From Acidimicrobiia bacterium (GTDB lineage Bacteria; Actinomycetota; Acidimicrobiia; Spongiisociales; UBA5794), in NCBI GenBank assembly GCA_013003395.1, contig JABDJC010000048.1, positions 2,615 through 66,614 of the forward strand: DNA of 64,000 nucleotides, written 5' to 3'. The notes below the pieces were generated by a model. That model did not search any database. It was not told the origin of the DNA and saw nothing but the letters and a program-made list of their open reading frames with translations. Positions 46,253-56,266 of this stretch are shown one piece after another; within the stretch, counting starts at the first letter, position 1, and each line of letters opens with the position of its first letter. The position numbers and the translations under genes are program-made.

Positions 46253-47602
46253 TCAGCCGTCAGTGCTATTCGATGCCTCTTCTTCCTGGAGAGCGCTGCG
46301 AGCATACGATCCGCCCGCGTTCCAGAGAATCCAACCGAATCCCCTCTCTTCCGCCACTTCGATCTCTGTTCGGATCTGGGCAGCGCTGTAGTAGAAGGCC
46401 TGAAGCCAGGGACGCATCAATGCCGGCCCTTCGAATCGTGGCCATCCGTCGTCGAGCGCCCTGGAAACCACTGGACCCGGATGGTCGTTCGGTTCGGCGA
46501 ACCCGAGCCAGCCTGGCGAATAGTGACTGGGGTAGATCATCGGGCTCAGCGCATCGACGATCCGCGACAACTCCTCGGGTCGTTGGCCAATCCCCTCGTC
46601 AGTCGGTGACGAGAGAACGATCCCGAAGATGTCAGCAGACACCGCACAACCGAGCGGATGCAAGGTCTCTGTGGCCTCGGTGAGGAATGAAGCAATCGCG
46701 CCAACCCGCTCCTCTTGCGACAAGGAACGTTTGGCCGACGCGGCCGCGGCTGCTTTGCCCGTCGGGAATCGAACGTAGTCGAACTGGACCTCGTCGAATC
46801 CCAGCTCGCAAGCTTCGACCGCAAGCGCAAGGGGATACTCCCAGTTGACTTCGTCGACCGGATCGAGCCACCACCCGGCCAGCTTGGCCTCGGCGTCGAG
46901 ACCGGACTTGATGCGATCCTCGAACGTGACAATGCGCGTGATCGTGTAGAGACCCTCAGCCTTCGCAGCTGCCAACGCCTCGACCGGGTCGTACATCGGA
47001 TTCACAGCCCCGAGATCGTGAGCCTCCTCGACCGAGGTCTCATACAAGACTTCGCCCGTTTCGTCTTTGGTGTCGAATACGAGAGCGTTCACGACCGTTG
47101 TCGCAGCGAGGTCGATCAGCGCCGCAAATTCCTCTGGCTCCATCGCCACGTACTTGCTCACACGCAGCGCACGGACGATCCGAGGCTCCATCGCAACAGG
47201 TTCTGGTGGTTCGCCCGTAAATGAGAACGACGTGGACAACCATGCGGGACGCTCGACCACTACCTCGCCCGCCGCCACTCCCTCGATCTCGAATCGCCCC
47301 TCATCGTCGACTTCGACCGTCACCCCACCGGGAACGGTCACGAGGGCTCCTGGGAGCGGCTCACCAGACGGCGTGGTGACCGCGCCTGACAGCGTGAACA
47401 AGGGCACGGTGGTGGTGGTTTCTGGTGGAAGTGTCGTCGTCGGCGCCACCGTGGTAGTCGTGGCGACCGTTGGCGCGGGACCTGTGGTTGACACCCCGAA
47501 CGTGTTCGACACGTCGAGCGTGGTCGACGATGAGTCGGCGCTCGTGCACGCAGCCACGGAAAGAGTCACGGCGCAAACCAACACTGCTGTTCGGAAAGAC
47601 AT
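46253..47602 (-). CDS. lipoprotein with a putative glycoside-hydrolase-like TIM-barrel domain (GHL/DUF4015-like) and a Thr-rich linker
   Basis: The start is taken at ATG 47602. Lipoprotein signal MSFRTAVLVCAVTLSVAAC. Poly-Thr/Pro linker. The DUF4015 assignment is from recall, not a search. Confidence 0.55.
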   Translation of the reverse strand: MSFRTAVLVCAVTLSVAACTSADSSSTTLDVSNTFGVSTTGPAPTVATTTTVAPTTTLPPETTTTVPLFTLSGAVTTPSGEPLPGALVTVPGGVTVEVDDEGRFEIEGVAAGEVVVERPAWLSTSFSFTGEPPEPVAMEPRIVRALRVSKYVAMEPEEFAALIDLAATTVVNALVFDTKDETGEVLYETSVEEAHDLGAVNPMYDPVEALAAAKAEGLYTITRIVTFEDRIKSGLDAEAKLAGWWLDPVDEVNWEYPLALAVEACELGFDEVQFDYVRFPTGKAAAAASAKRSLSQEERVGAIASFLTEATETLHPLGCAVSADIFGIVLSSPTDEGIGQRPEELSRIVDALSPMIYPSHYSPGWLGFAEPNDHPGPVVSRALDDGWPRFEGPALMRPWLQAFYYSAAQIRTEIEVAEERGFGWILWNAGGSYARSALQEEEASNSTDG

Positions 47603-47675
47603 TGGCGAGATCGTACCTGGGCGGTCAACGCCGGCACGTTCATGTTGCAGAGCGGAGCTGGGTACGCTTGAGGCA

Positions 47676-48644
47676 ATGGAACAGCCCACCTTCAGTGCGA
47701 TACAGACCACCAGACTCGGGGTCTTGTCAGCAGTTCTCGAAAGCGAAGTTGGGCTTGCTCTGCGCCTGTTGCGCGACATCATGGATCAGGGTCTCGGCTT
47801 CGAGGCGGTCCTCAGCGAGGTCCTCATACCCATCCAGGCCGACATCGGCCATCGATGGAGTCTCGGCGAATACCGGGTGTCAGAAGAGCATGCCGTCACT
47901 GCCACCATGGAGACACTGGTCGCCAGCCTTGCCGGTTCGATTGAGGGCGACCCGGACGCGCCTCGCGTGGTTGTCGTTTGTGCGGAAGGTGACACCCACT
48001 CGCTGCCGGCGCGAATGGTCGCCGCGTTCTTGTCGCTTCGCGGATGGCGAGTTCAGTTTCTCGGAACCGGGATTCCGGCTGACGACCTCGGAGAGCACCT
48101 CGCCGACGGCGAGTTCCATGCTCTCGTTCTGGCGTGCGCCATGCGCGCCCACCTGCGCGGCGCGCGAGCCTGCATCGAGGCATCCCACCGTGCCGGGGTC
48201 CCCGTGATCGTCGGCGGACGGGCTTTCGGGTCCGACGACTCGATTGCTGTGAGCCTTGGGGCCGACGGGTGGAGCAACAGCTTCGACGACATCGACGCCG
48301 TGCTGCACACTTGGCATCCCGATCCTGCCAAGGCCGAGGCCATCGTGCAGCAGCCAGGTCCGGAGTTGGCGATGCTCACCAAACGTCATCGCTCGATCGT
48401 CGAATCCGCGCTTGGATCGTTGCCGGAAGGCATCACACACGAGGAGTTGGACCTCCTCTTGGACAACCTGGCGTCGTCTGTCCTGGTTGGCAACCCCGAT
48501 CCGCTGATTCAGCATGCTTCTTGGCGCGACGCCCTCTGGACGACACGAGTACCGACCGCCTCGCTGCTCGAGGCTGTTGCGGACGTCATCGATCCGACGG
48601 CCGAGCAGATCCATCGACACCTCGCGACGGCCATCGCGGTGTGA
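47676..48644 (+). CDS. cobalamin (B12)-binding domain protein (B12-binding_2 helical bundle plus B12-binding Rossmann-like domain); no DNA-binding domain
   Basis: ATG 47676. VLSEVLIPIQADIGHRWSLGEYRVSEEHAVT (B12-binding_2-like). VVVVCAEGDTHSLPARMVAAFLSLRGWRVQFLG (DxHxxG-like B12 motif, His-on). Confidence 0.6.
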   Translation: MEQPTFSAIQTTRLGVLSAVLESEVGLALRLLRDIMDQGLGFEAVLSEVLIPIQADIGHRWSLGEYRVSEEHAVTATMETLVASLAGSIEGDPDAPRVVVVCAEGDTHSLPARMVAAFLSLRGWRVQFLGTGIPADDLGEHLADGEFHALVLACAMRAHLRGARACIEASHRAGVPVIVGGRAFGSDDSIAVSLGADGWSNSFDDIDAVLHTWHPDPAKAEAIVQQPGPELAMLTKRHRSIVESALGSLPEGITHEELDLLLDNLASSVLVGNPDPLIQHASWRDALWTTRVPTASLLEAVADVIDPTAEQIHRHLATAIAV

Positions 48645-48695
48645 GTAGCGTCCGCCGTCGCGGCGCCACCGGGACGTCGCCCTAACCTCGCTCAG

Positions 48696-49310
48696 GTGAA
48701 CAGCCCACACAGTGCACTGGTCGAGCGCCGTAGAGAGTCGGTACTCGATGCCGCGGAACGATTGCTTGCACGTGAAGGCGCGGACGTGACGATGACCCAG
48801 TTGGCTGCGGCGGCCGATGTGGGCCGCCGCACGTTGTTTCGCTACTTCGAAACTAGAGAGTCGCTGATCGCCGAAGCCATCGATCGCAGCTACACGCGAC
48901 TGATGCGGGACATTTTCGCCGCCCATGCCACCGACACGTCGAGCCCTTCGCAGCTCATCCGGGAAGTGCTCACCGCCACCCATCTCGTGGCCTCCGACAT
49001 GGGACGGGCCCATTGGCAGATCGCCGCCGATCCTGAGTCGCATCCAGGCCTGACGCAAGCATCTGAGCGCAGACGATCAGCTCGCTCGCGGTACGTGAAG
49101 GCCTTCTGTCAGCAACTCTGGGATGCAGCCTCGATGCCCGGATCGCCGCCACAGTGGCTCCACGACGCCTTCGGGCTCGTCGAGTCGCTGTTCGCCTACG
49201 AGGCGCTCCGGCGAGACTTCGGTCGATCCGACCGCGAGATCATCGACTCGGCGGTCAACCTGATGCAGGCTGCCTTCGATCGGGCAGTCAGCCAGGCGGA
49301 CATTCCCTAG
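48696..49310 (+). CDS. TetR-family transcriptional regulator
   Basis: HTH: VTMTQLAAAADVGRRTLFRYFETRESL. The gene is convergent with the proline dehydrogenase-pruA operon. Confidence 0.8.
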   Translation: MNSPHSALVERRRESVLDAAERLLAREGADVTMTQLAAAADVGRRTLFRYFETRESLIAEAIDRSYTRLMRDIFAAHATDTSSPSQLIREVLTATHLVASDMGRAHWQIAADPESHPGLTQASERRRSARSRYVKAFCQQLWDAASMPGSPPQWLHDAFGLVESLFAYEALRRDFGRSDREIIDSAVNLMQAAFDRAVSQADIP

Positions 49311-50902
49311 GTGACGAGATCGGCGGCGAACCCTTGCCGCATGGTGTTTTCCGTGACCACCCATGCTGAAGAGAGCGCCCGCAGCGTGTCGAGCGTTCCG
49401 GCCTTGGGCCCGGTGCCGCTCTGCAACATCCCGCCGAAGGGCTGCCTCCCGACTACGGCCCCGGTGGTACCGCGATTCACGTAGATGTTGCCCGCCTGGA
49501 GCTCGCCGGCGCGTGCGATGGCGTCCGGCGATCGAGAGAACAGTCCTGCTGTGAGCGCGTAGTCGGTGGCATTGGCGAGCTCGAATGCGTGGTCGAGGTC
49601 ATTGGCGTGAACGACCGCCAGCAGCGGGCCGAACTGCTCGTCGCGTCGCAACGGCGCTTCAGATTCCAATCCGTCGACGATCGTCGGTGGGACAAACCAG
49701 CCCGTCTCCGGGAGTCTCTGGTGGCGGTAGCGGACGGTTCCCCTCGTGCCATCAATGACCGACAGCAGCCGCTCGTGAGCATCCGCGTCGATGACCGGTC
49801 CGACAGAGGTGGCGCCGTCTTTGGGGTGCCCCAAGATGAATGTGTCGGCGTGGGCCGCCAGGCGTTCGATGACCTCGTCGTAGCGGCGACCCACCACGAT
49901 GAGCCGCGAACACGCAGAGCACTTCTGGCCGGCAAATCCAAAGGCCGCCTTGGCGACCTCAGGAACGGCCTCGTCCAGATCGGCGTCCGAGTCCACCACG
50001 ATGGCGTTCTTGCCGCCCATCTCGGCGATCACCCGCTTCACATACCGGCTCGAGTGCGAGCTGGCTGCGGCTCGTTGGTTGATCGCCAACCCCACGGCTC
50101 GGGACCCTGTGAATTCGATCGTCGCCACGTCGGGATGCTCGACGAGCCGAGCGCCTGCGACTTCCCCTCGGCCTGGGGTGAAGGACAACACGCCCTCTGG
50201 AAGGCCGGCAGCCTCGAAGGCCTTCACGATCTCGTACGCAATCGCAGGAGTCTGCTCGGCCGGCTTGAACACGACAGCATTGCCGGCGGCGATGGCCGCC
50301 GACACCATGCCCATCGGAATCGCCAGCGGGAAGTTCCACGGGGAGATGACGGCGGTGACGCCGCGCGCCCGGTAGCCGGCGGAGTTGGCCTCGCCGAGCG
50401 GCGACTGCACGACCAACGACGCGTCGAGTTCGACGATGGCACGTCCGTAGAACTCGAGGAAGTCGATGGCCTCGCAGAGGTCGCCGTCCGCTTCGGACCA
50501 CGGCTTGCCGGCCTCGAACACCTCGATGGCGGCAATTCGGTCTCGATCGGCGCGCAACGCGTCGGCCGCGGCGAACAGCACCTCGGCGCGACCGGCAGGA
50601 GGGACCGCCGACCACAGCCGGTGGGTGCGGTTCGCCACGGCCACGGCTTCGTCGATCACCGCGGCACTGGCCGAGCCCGACCTGGCGACGATCCGGGTCG
50701 GATCGGCCGGATCGAAGGAGTCGATGCCATCTTCGGTCGCCACCGGGCGGCCGTCGATGGTCACCGGGACATTCAGACCGCGCAAGGCCGCGTCCGCCAC
50801 CTCGACTTCGTGTGCGAAACGTTCGACGACACCGGGTAGGTGCCACGCGCGCATCGCCTCGGGTTCGTAGGCCTCCAACGATCGGCTCGAAGCTGCGGTC
50901 AT
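49307..50902 (-). CDS. pruA: L-glutamate gamma-semialdehyde (delta-1-pyrroline-5-carboxylate) dehydrogenase
   Basis: ALDH motifs VISPWNFP, FTGSRAVG and EMGGKNA. Catalytic Cys FGFAGQKCSACSR. There is a 4-nt overlap with the proline dehydrogenase gene. Confidence 0.85.
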   Translation of the reverse strand: MTAASSRSLEAYEPEAMRAWHLPGVVERFAHEVEVADAALRGLNVPVTIDGRPVATEDGIDSFDPADPTRIVARSGSASAAVIDEAVAVANRTHRLWSAVPPAGRAEVLFAAADALRADRDRIAAIEVFEAGKPWSEADGDLCEAIDFLEFYGRAIVELDASLVVQSPLGEANSAGYRARGVTAVISPWNFPLAIPMGMVSAAIAAGNAVVFKPAEQTPAIAYEIVKAFEAAGLPEGVLSFTPGRGEVAGARLVEHPDVATIEFTGSRAVGLAINQRAAASSHSSRYVKRVIAEMGGKNAIVVDSDADLDEAVPEVAKAAFGFAGQKCSACSRLIVVGRRYDEVIERLAAHADTFILGHPKDGATSVGPVIDADAHERLLSVIDGTRGTVRYRHQRLPETGWFVPPTIVDGLESEAPLRRDEQFGPLLAVVHANDLDHAFELANATDYALTAGLFSRSPDAIARAGELQAGNIYVNRGTTGAVVGRQPFGGMLQSGTGPKAGTLDTLRALSSAWVVTENTMRQGFAADLVT

Positions 50903-52257
50903 GCAGCATCCTCCTTGCTGGTGAATCTGGGCGCCGCGAGCAGCTGGTCTCGCGACATCTGCTTTGAGCGGTTCTGACGGATGAAGCTCTCGTTGCTGGT
51001 GTTCTCGAGCAATCGGCGGACCAGGTAGGACATTCCGGGAACGAGCTCGCCCACGGGGACGTAGATCCGGCTCCGAATCCCGGCTTTGGCGGCTGACGCC
51101 GCCAGATCACCACCCATACCATGCAGCGCCTGGATCTCGAGCGCCGACTTCGGGAGTCCGCGGACCGACGCCGCAGCCAGTGCATGAGCAAGCGAGCGTA
51201 CGTTGTGCGAGGCAAAAGACGGCCGGACGACGTCTGCGTTGTCGACCAAGAGGAGCGAACACCGCTCGAAGTTCGCGTCCGTGTCGACCTTGGCGTCGTA
51301 GACCGGTTGGGGCCAGCCGTGGGCCGATGCGACGACGGTCTCGTAGTCCCAGTACGCCCCCTTGACGAGTCGGATGCCGATCGGCACGCGGCGATCGCGC
51401 TCCTGCGCGATGATCCGCTGGAGGTCGTCGAAGCTGTCACGCAGGTACGCCTGGACGACGATGCCGATGTGGGCGTTCGGCCAGTCGTGCGAGATGTCGG
51501 CGAACAAGCGCTGCGTCAACGTCTTCACCGCATACTGCTCCATGTCGAACCAGACCATCACGTCATGTTCCGTGGCCGCCTGCATGATCGGGTCGAGTCG
51601 TCGCCTCACGTCGGCGAGTGCTATCTCTGCGCTCAATGGCTGATACTTGGCAGATAGGCCCGTTGGCTTGATGGCCACCGCAACCCTCGGCAACACGCCG
51701 AGCTGATCTCTCTCCAAGCCGGGACTCGCGGGCCAGCTACCGGCTGCACGGCCGAGGTGGGCGACTATGTCGAGGATTCTCGCCGCGTAGTCATCGGCCT
51801 GATCGGCGGTGACGGTCTTCTCCCCCAAGGCGTCGATGATGACGCCAACCTCGGCGTCCCAATGGCGACGGACGAGGGGCTCGACGTCAGCGGCTCGTCT
51901 GCCACCGATGAAGTTCTTGGCCATCGTCGAGATACCGCGATCAGCCGCCCAGGCCGCGATCCGGGAACCGAACGGTATCCGGGCGGCGAGCGCAATAGGC
52001 AGCCGGACCCACCATGGCATGGCGTCGTGACCCAGGTAGCCCCGGAGATGGGCCATGACATCGTCTGGCCCTTCCATCGCCGGAAACGCTTCGGCAAATC
52101 GAAACAGCCCGACCCGAAGATCGTGGTTGCGCATGACCGATGCGATGACGAACTCGTCGAGTCTCCCTCGCAGGCCGACGTCGCCCGGGTCGAGGTCGCC
52201 GCTCACGGCCCGCACCGTGGCTTCGAGCGATGACGAGGCTATGGGTGCGGTCATCAT
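50899..52257 (-). CDS. proline dehydrogenase
   Basis: PRODH TIM-barrel motifs: MVWFDMEQY, IGIVVQAYL, IRLVKGAYWD and FASHN. Confidence 0.8.
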   Translation of the reverse strand: MMTAPIASSSLEATVRAVSGDLDPGDVGLRGRLDEFVIASVMRNHDLRVGLFRFAEAFPAMEGPDDVMAHLRGYLGHDAMPWWVRLPIALAARIPFGSRIAAWAADRGISTMAKNFIGGRRAADVEPLVRRHWDAEVGVIIDALGEKTVTADQADDYAARILDIVAHLGRAAGSWPASPGLERDQLGVLPRVAVAIKPTGLSAKYQPLSAEIALADVRRRLDPIMQAATEHDVMVWFDMEQYAVKTLTQRLFADISHDWPNAHIGIVVQAYLRDSFDDLQRIIAQERDRRVPIGIRLVKGAYWDYETVVASAHGWPQPVYDAKVDTDANFERCSLLLVDNADVVRPSFASHNVRSLAHALAAASVRGLPKSALEIQALHGMGGDLAASAAKAGIRSRIYVPVGELVPGMSYLVRRLLENTSNESFIRQNRSKQMSRDQLLAAPRFTSKEDAA

Positions 52258-52480
52258 TCGAGTCTACTCGAAACTGGCACTCGATGGTGCCAAACGGCCG
52301 AGCTCGCGACGGCGGATGTCTCACTTCCGGGGGCGCAGCCCAATGCGCTGAGGTCGGCGACGTCGCTCCGGCTTCCACGGTTGCAGCACCGACACCGAGA
52401 TTTTCCGAGACGTTCGAGCTATGTTGACTGGCGACGCACCGCTCAGCGATGCGCAACGCCCCCGGAGGTAGAGAAACAAA

Positions 52481-54226
52481 ATGAATTGGAAACGCTACGA
52501 CTTCATTCGCAGGAACGCATCGCCGCTCGAGGTCGACCTCATCGAGCACTACGCCCAGGGCGCCATCTCGAGGCGCGACTTCGTGAAGCGGGGAACGATC
52601 CTCGGGCTCAGCACGACCGCCATGGCCGCTGTCATCTCGGCTTGTGGAAGTGGTGAGGCCGAAACAACCACGGCCGCACCGGGTGCCACGGCGGCACCTG
52701 GCACTACCGGTGCACCGACACAGGGCGGCGCCCTGAAGATCGGCATCCAACAGGGCGATGCCAACTCCGGCCTGGATCCCCTGAACATGCTGGACCTTGG
52801 GACCTACAGCGTCCTGTCGCAGTCCTTCGAATACCTGGTCGGCCTCGCCGAAGACGGCAACATCGGCGCCACCGGCCTGGCGTCGAGCTGGTCGCCCAAC
52901 GATGACGGGACGCAGTGGACCTTCAACCTTCGTGAGGGCATCACCTGGCACGACGGCACGCCGTTCACTTCGGCCGACGTTGCCGCAACCGTCGACCGCA
53001 TGGTCGTGGCGGGGGCCGGGCTGGCGGGCGTCGTCAGTGAAGGCGCAGTCGAGACTCCCGACGACCTCACGGCCGTCATCAACCTCGACAAGGCCAACGG
53101 CAACTTGCCGGTGCTCATCTCGATCTACAACCCGCAGTCTCTCATCACACCCGTCGACTACGCCGACGGAACCACTCTCGACGCCGTTCAGGCGGGTACC
53201 GGACCGTGGCTCTTCGAGAGTCACGATCCGACCACGTTCACGACCGTGTTCACGGCCAACGAGAACTACTGGGGAGGACGACCCAATCTCGATTCGATCG
53301 AACTGATCGGATTCGGTTCCGAGGGCGCTCGCGTATCGGCGATGCAAGCGCGCGAGCTCGACATGATCCAGCAGTTCGGCGTTGTCGACGGCAGGAGCCT
53401 GCTCGACGACGGCGACTTCACCGTGCTGAAGCCACCGTCGGCCAACCACCGTCAGCTGTGGTTCAACACCCAGCTCCCCGAGGGTGGTCCGTTCACCGAC
53501 GCCCGCGTGCGGCGAGCGTTCGGGTTCATGCTCGACCGCCAGCAGATGGTCGATGTGCTCTTCGAAGGGTTCGCCACCGTCGGCAACGACCATCCGGTCC
53601 ACCCGACGCTGCCGTTCTTCGATGCGGACGCCACGCCGCAGCGCGGCCGCGACATCGAGATGGCGAAGCAGCTGCTGGCGGACGCCGGGTACGAAGGCCT
53701 CAGCGCCACCATCGAGGCCGGCGACATACTCGTCAGCCCCGACATGGGCGCCATCGTGCAGCAGAACGCACTCGAGGCGGGCGTGGACCTGACGGTGAAC
53801 GTCACGGCGAACTCGGACTTCTACGGCGAGTACTGGTGCACTGGCGCCCCGTGGGGGAACCAGCCGGAAACCGGCGGACCTGGTCGTCCGTGTGGCGCAT
53901 CGGCGCCGATAGGCATCGTCGACTACGGGCACCGGCCAACGCCTGACGTCTACTTCGGCCGTGCGCTCGAGACCGACGGCGACTGGAACTCGTCGAATTA
54001 CGCGTCGACCGAGTTCGATCGCTTGTTCGCCGAGTACCAGGCGGCAGTGGACGTGTCCGGTCAGCAGGCGGCAGTGGGCCAGATCCAGCAGCTCCTGCAT
54101 GAGGATGCTCCTGCTCTGTACCCGTTCTTCTTCGACTACCTGTCCGGCCACGACGACTCGGTGTCCGGAGTGCAGGTGACTGCACTCGGCCACATGAAGC
54201 TGGAGAAGGCATCGAAGAGCGCCTGA
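52481..54226 (+). CDS. ABC transporter substrate-binding protein, family 5 (Dpp/Opp/Nik-type), Tat signal
   Basis: Twin-arginine signal RRDFVKRG followed by an AXA site and lipobox-like ISAC. Family-5 solute-binding protein length and motifs. Confidence 0.8.
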   Translation: MNWKRYDFIRRNASPLEVDLIEHYAQGAISRRDFVKRGTILGLSTTAMAAVISACGSGEAETTTAAPGATAAPGTTGAPTQGGALKIGIQQGDANSGLDPLNMLDLGTYSVLSQSFEYLVGLAEDGNIGATGLASSWSPNDDGTQWTFNLREGITWHDGTPFTSADVAATVDRMVVAGAGLAGVVSEGAVETPDDLTAVINLDKANGNLPVLISIYNPQSLITPVDYADGTTLDAVQAGTGPWLFESHDPTTFTTVFTANENYWGGRPNLDSIELIGFGSEGARVSAMQARELDMIQQFGVVDGRSLLDDGDFTVLKPPSANHRQLWFNTQLPEGGPFTDARVRRAFGFMLDRQQMVDVLFEGFATVGNDHPVHPTLPFFDADATPQRGRDIEMAKQLLADAGYEGLSATIEAGDILVSPDMGAIVQQNALEAGVDLTVNVTANSDFYGEYWCTGAPWGNQPETGGPGRPCGASAPIGIVDYGHRPTPDVYFGRALETDGDWNSSNYASTEFDRLFAEYQAAVDVSGQQAAVGQIQQLLHEDAPALYPFFFDYLSGHDDSVSGVQVTALGHMKLEKASKSA

Positions 54227-54240
54227 TCGGAGACAAGCTG

Positions 54241-54284
54241 ATGGCAGGGCCGATGCGGCCCTGCCATCATGGCCACACATTTTG
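54241..54284 (+). terminator. hairpin (perfect 11-bp GC-rich inverted repeat) followed by a TTTT run, downstream of the solute-binding protein gene
   Basis: atggcagggcc-gatgc-ggccctgccat, then ...cacatttt. The T-run is 13 nt downstream of the stem, so this may be an attenuator that modulates downstream permease expression. Confidence 0.45.
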
Positions 54285-54346
54285 ACGATGGGGCCGCGCG
54301 ACGCGGTCAGAAAGAGGAGAGGGATGCATCGAGTTGAGGTGGACTC

Positions 54347-55306
54347 GTGAGGCGATTCATTACCCGTCGCCTGCTGCTGTCGATTCTCACTCTCGCCATC
54401 ATCATCGTCATCATCACGCTGATCCCGAACCTCGCGCCGGGGGATCCGGCCCGAAAGATCGCAGGCGGCACGGCATCCCCTGAGCGCCTCCAAGCCGTGA
54501 CCGAATCACTCGGCCTCAACAAGTCGGTGCTCCAGCAACTCAGCGACGTCGTGAGCAGCACCATCCGCTTCGATTTCGGGGACTCCTTCACCAGGCCGGG
54601 TACGAGTGTGACGAGCCTCGTGACCGTTTCATTGTGGAATTCGACGAAGCTCGTCGTCTTCGCTCTCGTGCTGGTCCTTCCGATCTCGATTGCCGGCGGT
54701 CTCATCGCCGCCTATCGCCGGGACACGTGGCTGGACCGCGTCATAGTCAACGCCGGCGTGGCGTTGTCGTCGCTCCCCGAGTTCGTCGTCGGTGTGCTGT
54801 TCCTGGCGTTGCTCGCCGTGCCGTTCTCGTTCTTCAAGGTCATCGCCGACCCACCTGACGGTGCAGGGTTCTTCACTCAGCTGCAGTTCCTCCTCTTGCC
54901 GGCCCTGACCGTGCTCACCGTGTACTTCGGGTACATCGCTCGTATCACCCGTGCGAGCACGATCACGTCACTCGAAGCCGACTACGCCCGCACCGCTTTC
55001 ATGCGCGGCCTCAGCACGTGGGACGTGTTCCGCAAGCATGTGCTCCGCAACTCGTTGGTGCCCACCGTTGCGGTCGTCGGAACCCAGCTCGGCTACCTCT
55101 TCGGCGGCATGGTCGGCCTCGAGCTGATCTACAACTACCCCGGACTCGGCCGGTTGATCTTCGATGCGGTTGACGCAGCTGACTACCCGGTGTTGCGCGG
55201 CGGCGTCATCACCGTCGCCATCATCTACATGGTGGCGACGCTGTCCGCCGACCTCATCATTGCCTGGATGAACCCACGTGCCCGACTGAGCTTGAGTGAG
55301 GCGTAG
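54347..55306 (+). CDS. ABC transporter permease (DppB/OppB-like)
   Basis: N-terminal TM helix and the BPD_transp_1 EAA loop (ADYARTAFMRGLSTWDVFRKHVLRNSL). Confidence 0.8.
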   Translation: MRRFITRRLLLSILTLAIIIVIITLIPNLAPGDPARKIAGGTASPERLQAVTESLGLNKSVLQQLSDVVSSTIRFDFGDSFTRPGTSVTSLVTVSLWNSTKLVVFALVLVLPISIAGGLIAAYRRDTWLDRVIVNAGVALSSLPEFVVGVLFLALLAVPFSFFKVIADPPDGAGFFTQLQFLLLPALTVLTVYFGYIARITRASTITSLEADYARTAFMRGLSTWDVFRKHVLRNSLVPTVAVVGTQLGYLFGGMVGLELIYNYPGLGRLIFDAVDAADYPVLRGGVITVAIIYMVATLSADLIIAWMNPRARLSLSEA

Positions 55307-56266
55307 ATGACGACTACACCCGACGGCGCGGACCGGCCGATCGAGTCACCCGACGCCGGCTCGCAAGGACCCCACGACGCCGCCATCGACGAGATCGCCG
55401 TCAACACCGCAACCCGGAGGCAGGTTCGCAAAGAGCAATGGCGAGTGCTGTACCGAAGCCCCGGGTTCATCATCGGCTCGGCCATCATGACCCTGTGGAT
55501 CGTGTCGTCGTTCTTCCCTGAGTTGCTGGCGAACTTCGATCCGAAGATATCGGTGACCGGGCCAGAGGGTCAGACGTTGACGCGCATGCCACCCGACTCG
55601 ACGTTGTGGTTCGGTACCGATCGGCTCGGCCGCGATGTCTACTCACGGGTCATCTACGGATCACGGCCGATCATGATTGCCGCGCCGGCAGCCACGATCA
55701 TCGCCGCCGTGATTGGAACGCTGCTCGGTCTGCTGAGCGGCTACTTCAAGGGTTGGGTGGACGAACTCGTCAGCCGGCTCCTGGAAGCCATACTCTCGAT
55801 CCCCGCCATCTTGCTGGCCATCGTCATCGTGTTCACCTTCGGAGCCACCAACCCGGTCATCATCGGGGCCATCGCCTTTCTGTTCATTCCGCCGATCGCC
55901 CGTACCGTGCGGGCTGCGACGCTCGCCGAGTCGCAGCTCGACTACGTGACCGCGGCACGTATGCGTGGCGAACGGAGCCTCTTCATCATCGGCAGGGAGA
56001 TCTTTCCGAACGTCACCGGCGTCGTCGTCGTAGAGGTGACCGTGCGCCTCGGCTACGCCATCTTCACGCTGGCCACGTTGGCCTTTCTCGGGCTCTCTGG
56101 CGGTGACGTGACCGATCCGAACTGGGGTGTCGACGTGGCACAGAACTACCAGCAGATCGTCGCACAGGTGTGGTGGCCGACCGTCTTCCCGGCACTCGCC
56201 ATCGGCACACTGGTGATCGGCGTGAACCTGATCGCGGACTCGATAGAACGGGCAACCAAGTCATGA
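55307..56266 (+). CDS. ABC transporter permease (DppC/OppC-like)
   Basis: The start is immediately after the upstream stop. EAA loop: LDYVTAARMRGERSLFIIGREIFPNV. Confidence 0.8.
   Translation: MTTTPDGADRPIESPDAGSQGPHDAAIDEIAVNTATRRQVRKEQWRVLYRSPGFIIGSAIMTLWIVSSFFPELLANFDPKISVTGPEGQTLTRMPPDSTLWFGTDRLGRDVYSRVIYGSRPIMIAAPAATIIAAVIGTLLGLLSGYFKGWVDELVSRLLEAILSIPAILLAIVIVFTFGATNPVIIGAIAFLFIPPIARTVRAATLAESQLDYVTAARMRGERSLFIIGREIFPNVTGVVVVEVTVRLGYAIFTLATLAFLGLSGGDVTDPNWGVDVAQNYQQIVAQVWWPTVFPALAIGTLVIGVNLIADSIERATKS

Noticed and set aside
49589-51440. 416-aa plus-strand and 493-aa minus-strand ORFs overlapping pruA and the proline dehydrogenase gene
   Set aside because: They are alternative-frame or antisense readings of bona fide ALDH and PRODH genes. 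They are Arg-rich junk.
51941-54493. 850-aa minus-strand ORF, the longest in the window
   Set aside because: It is antisense to the clearly recognisable family-5 solute-binding protein gene and the 5' end of the proline dehydrogenase gene. Its composition is Arg/Gly/Asp-rich with no motifs.
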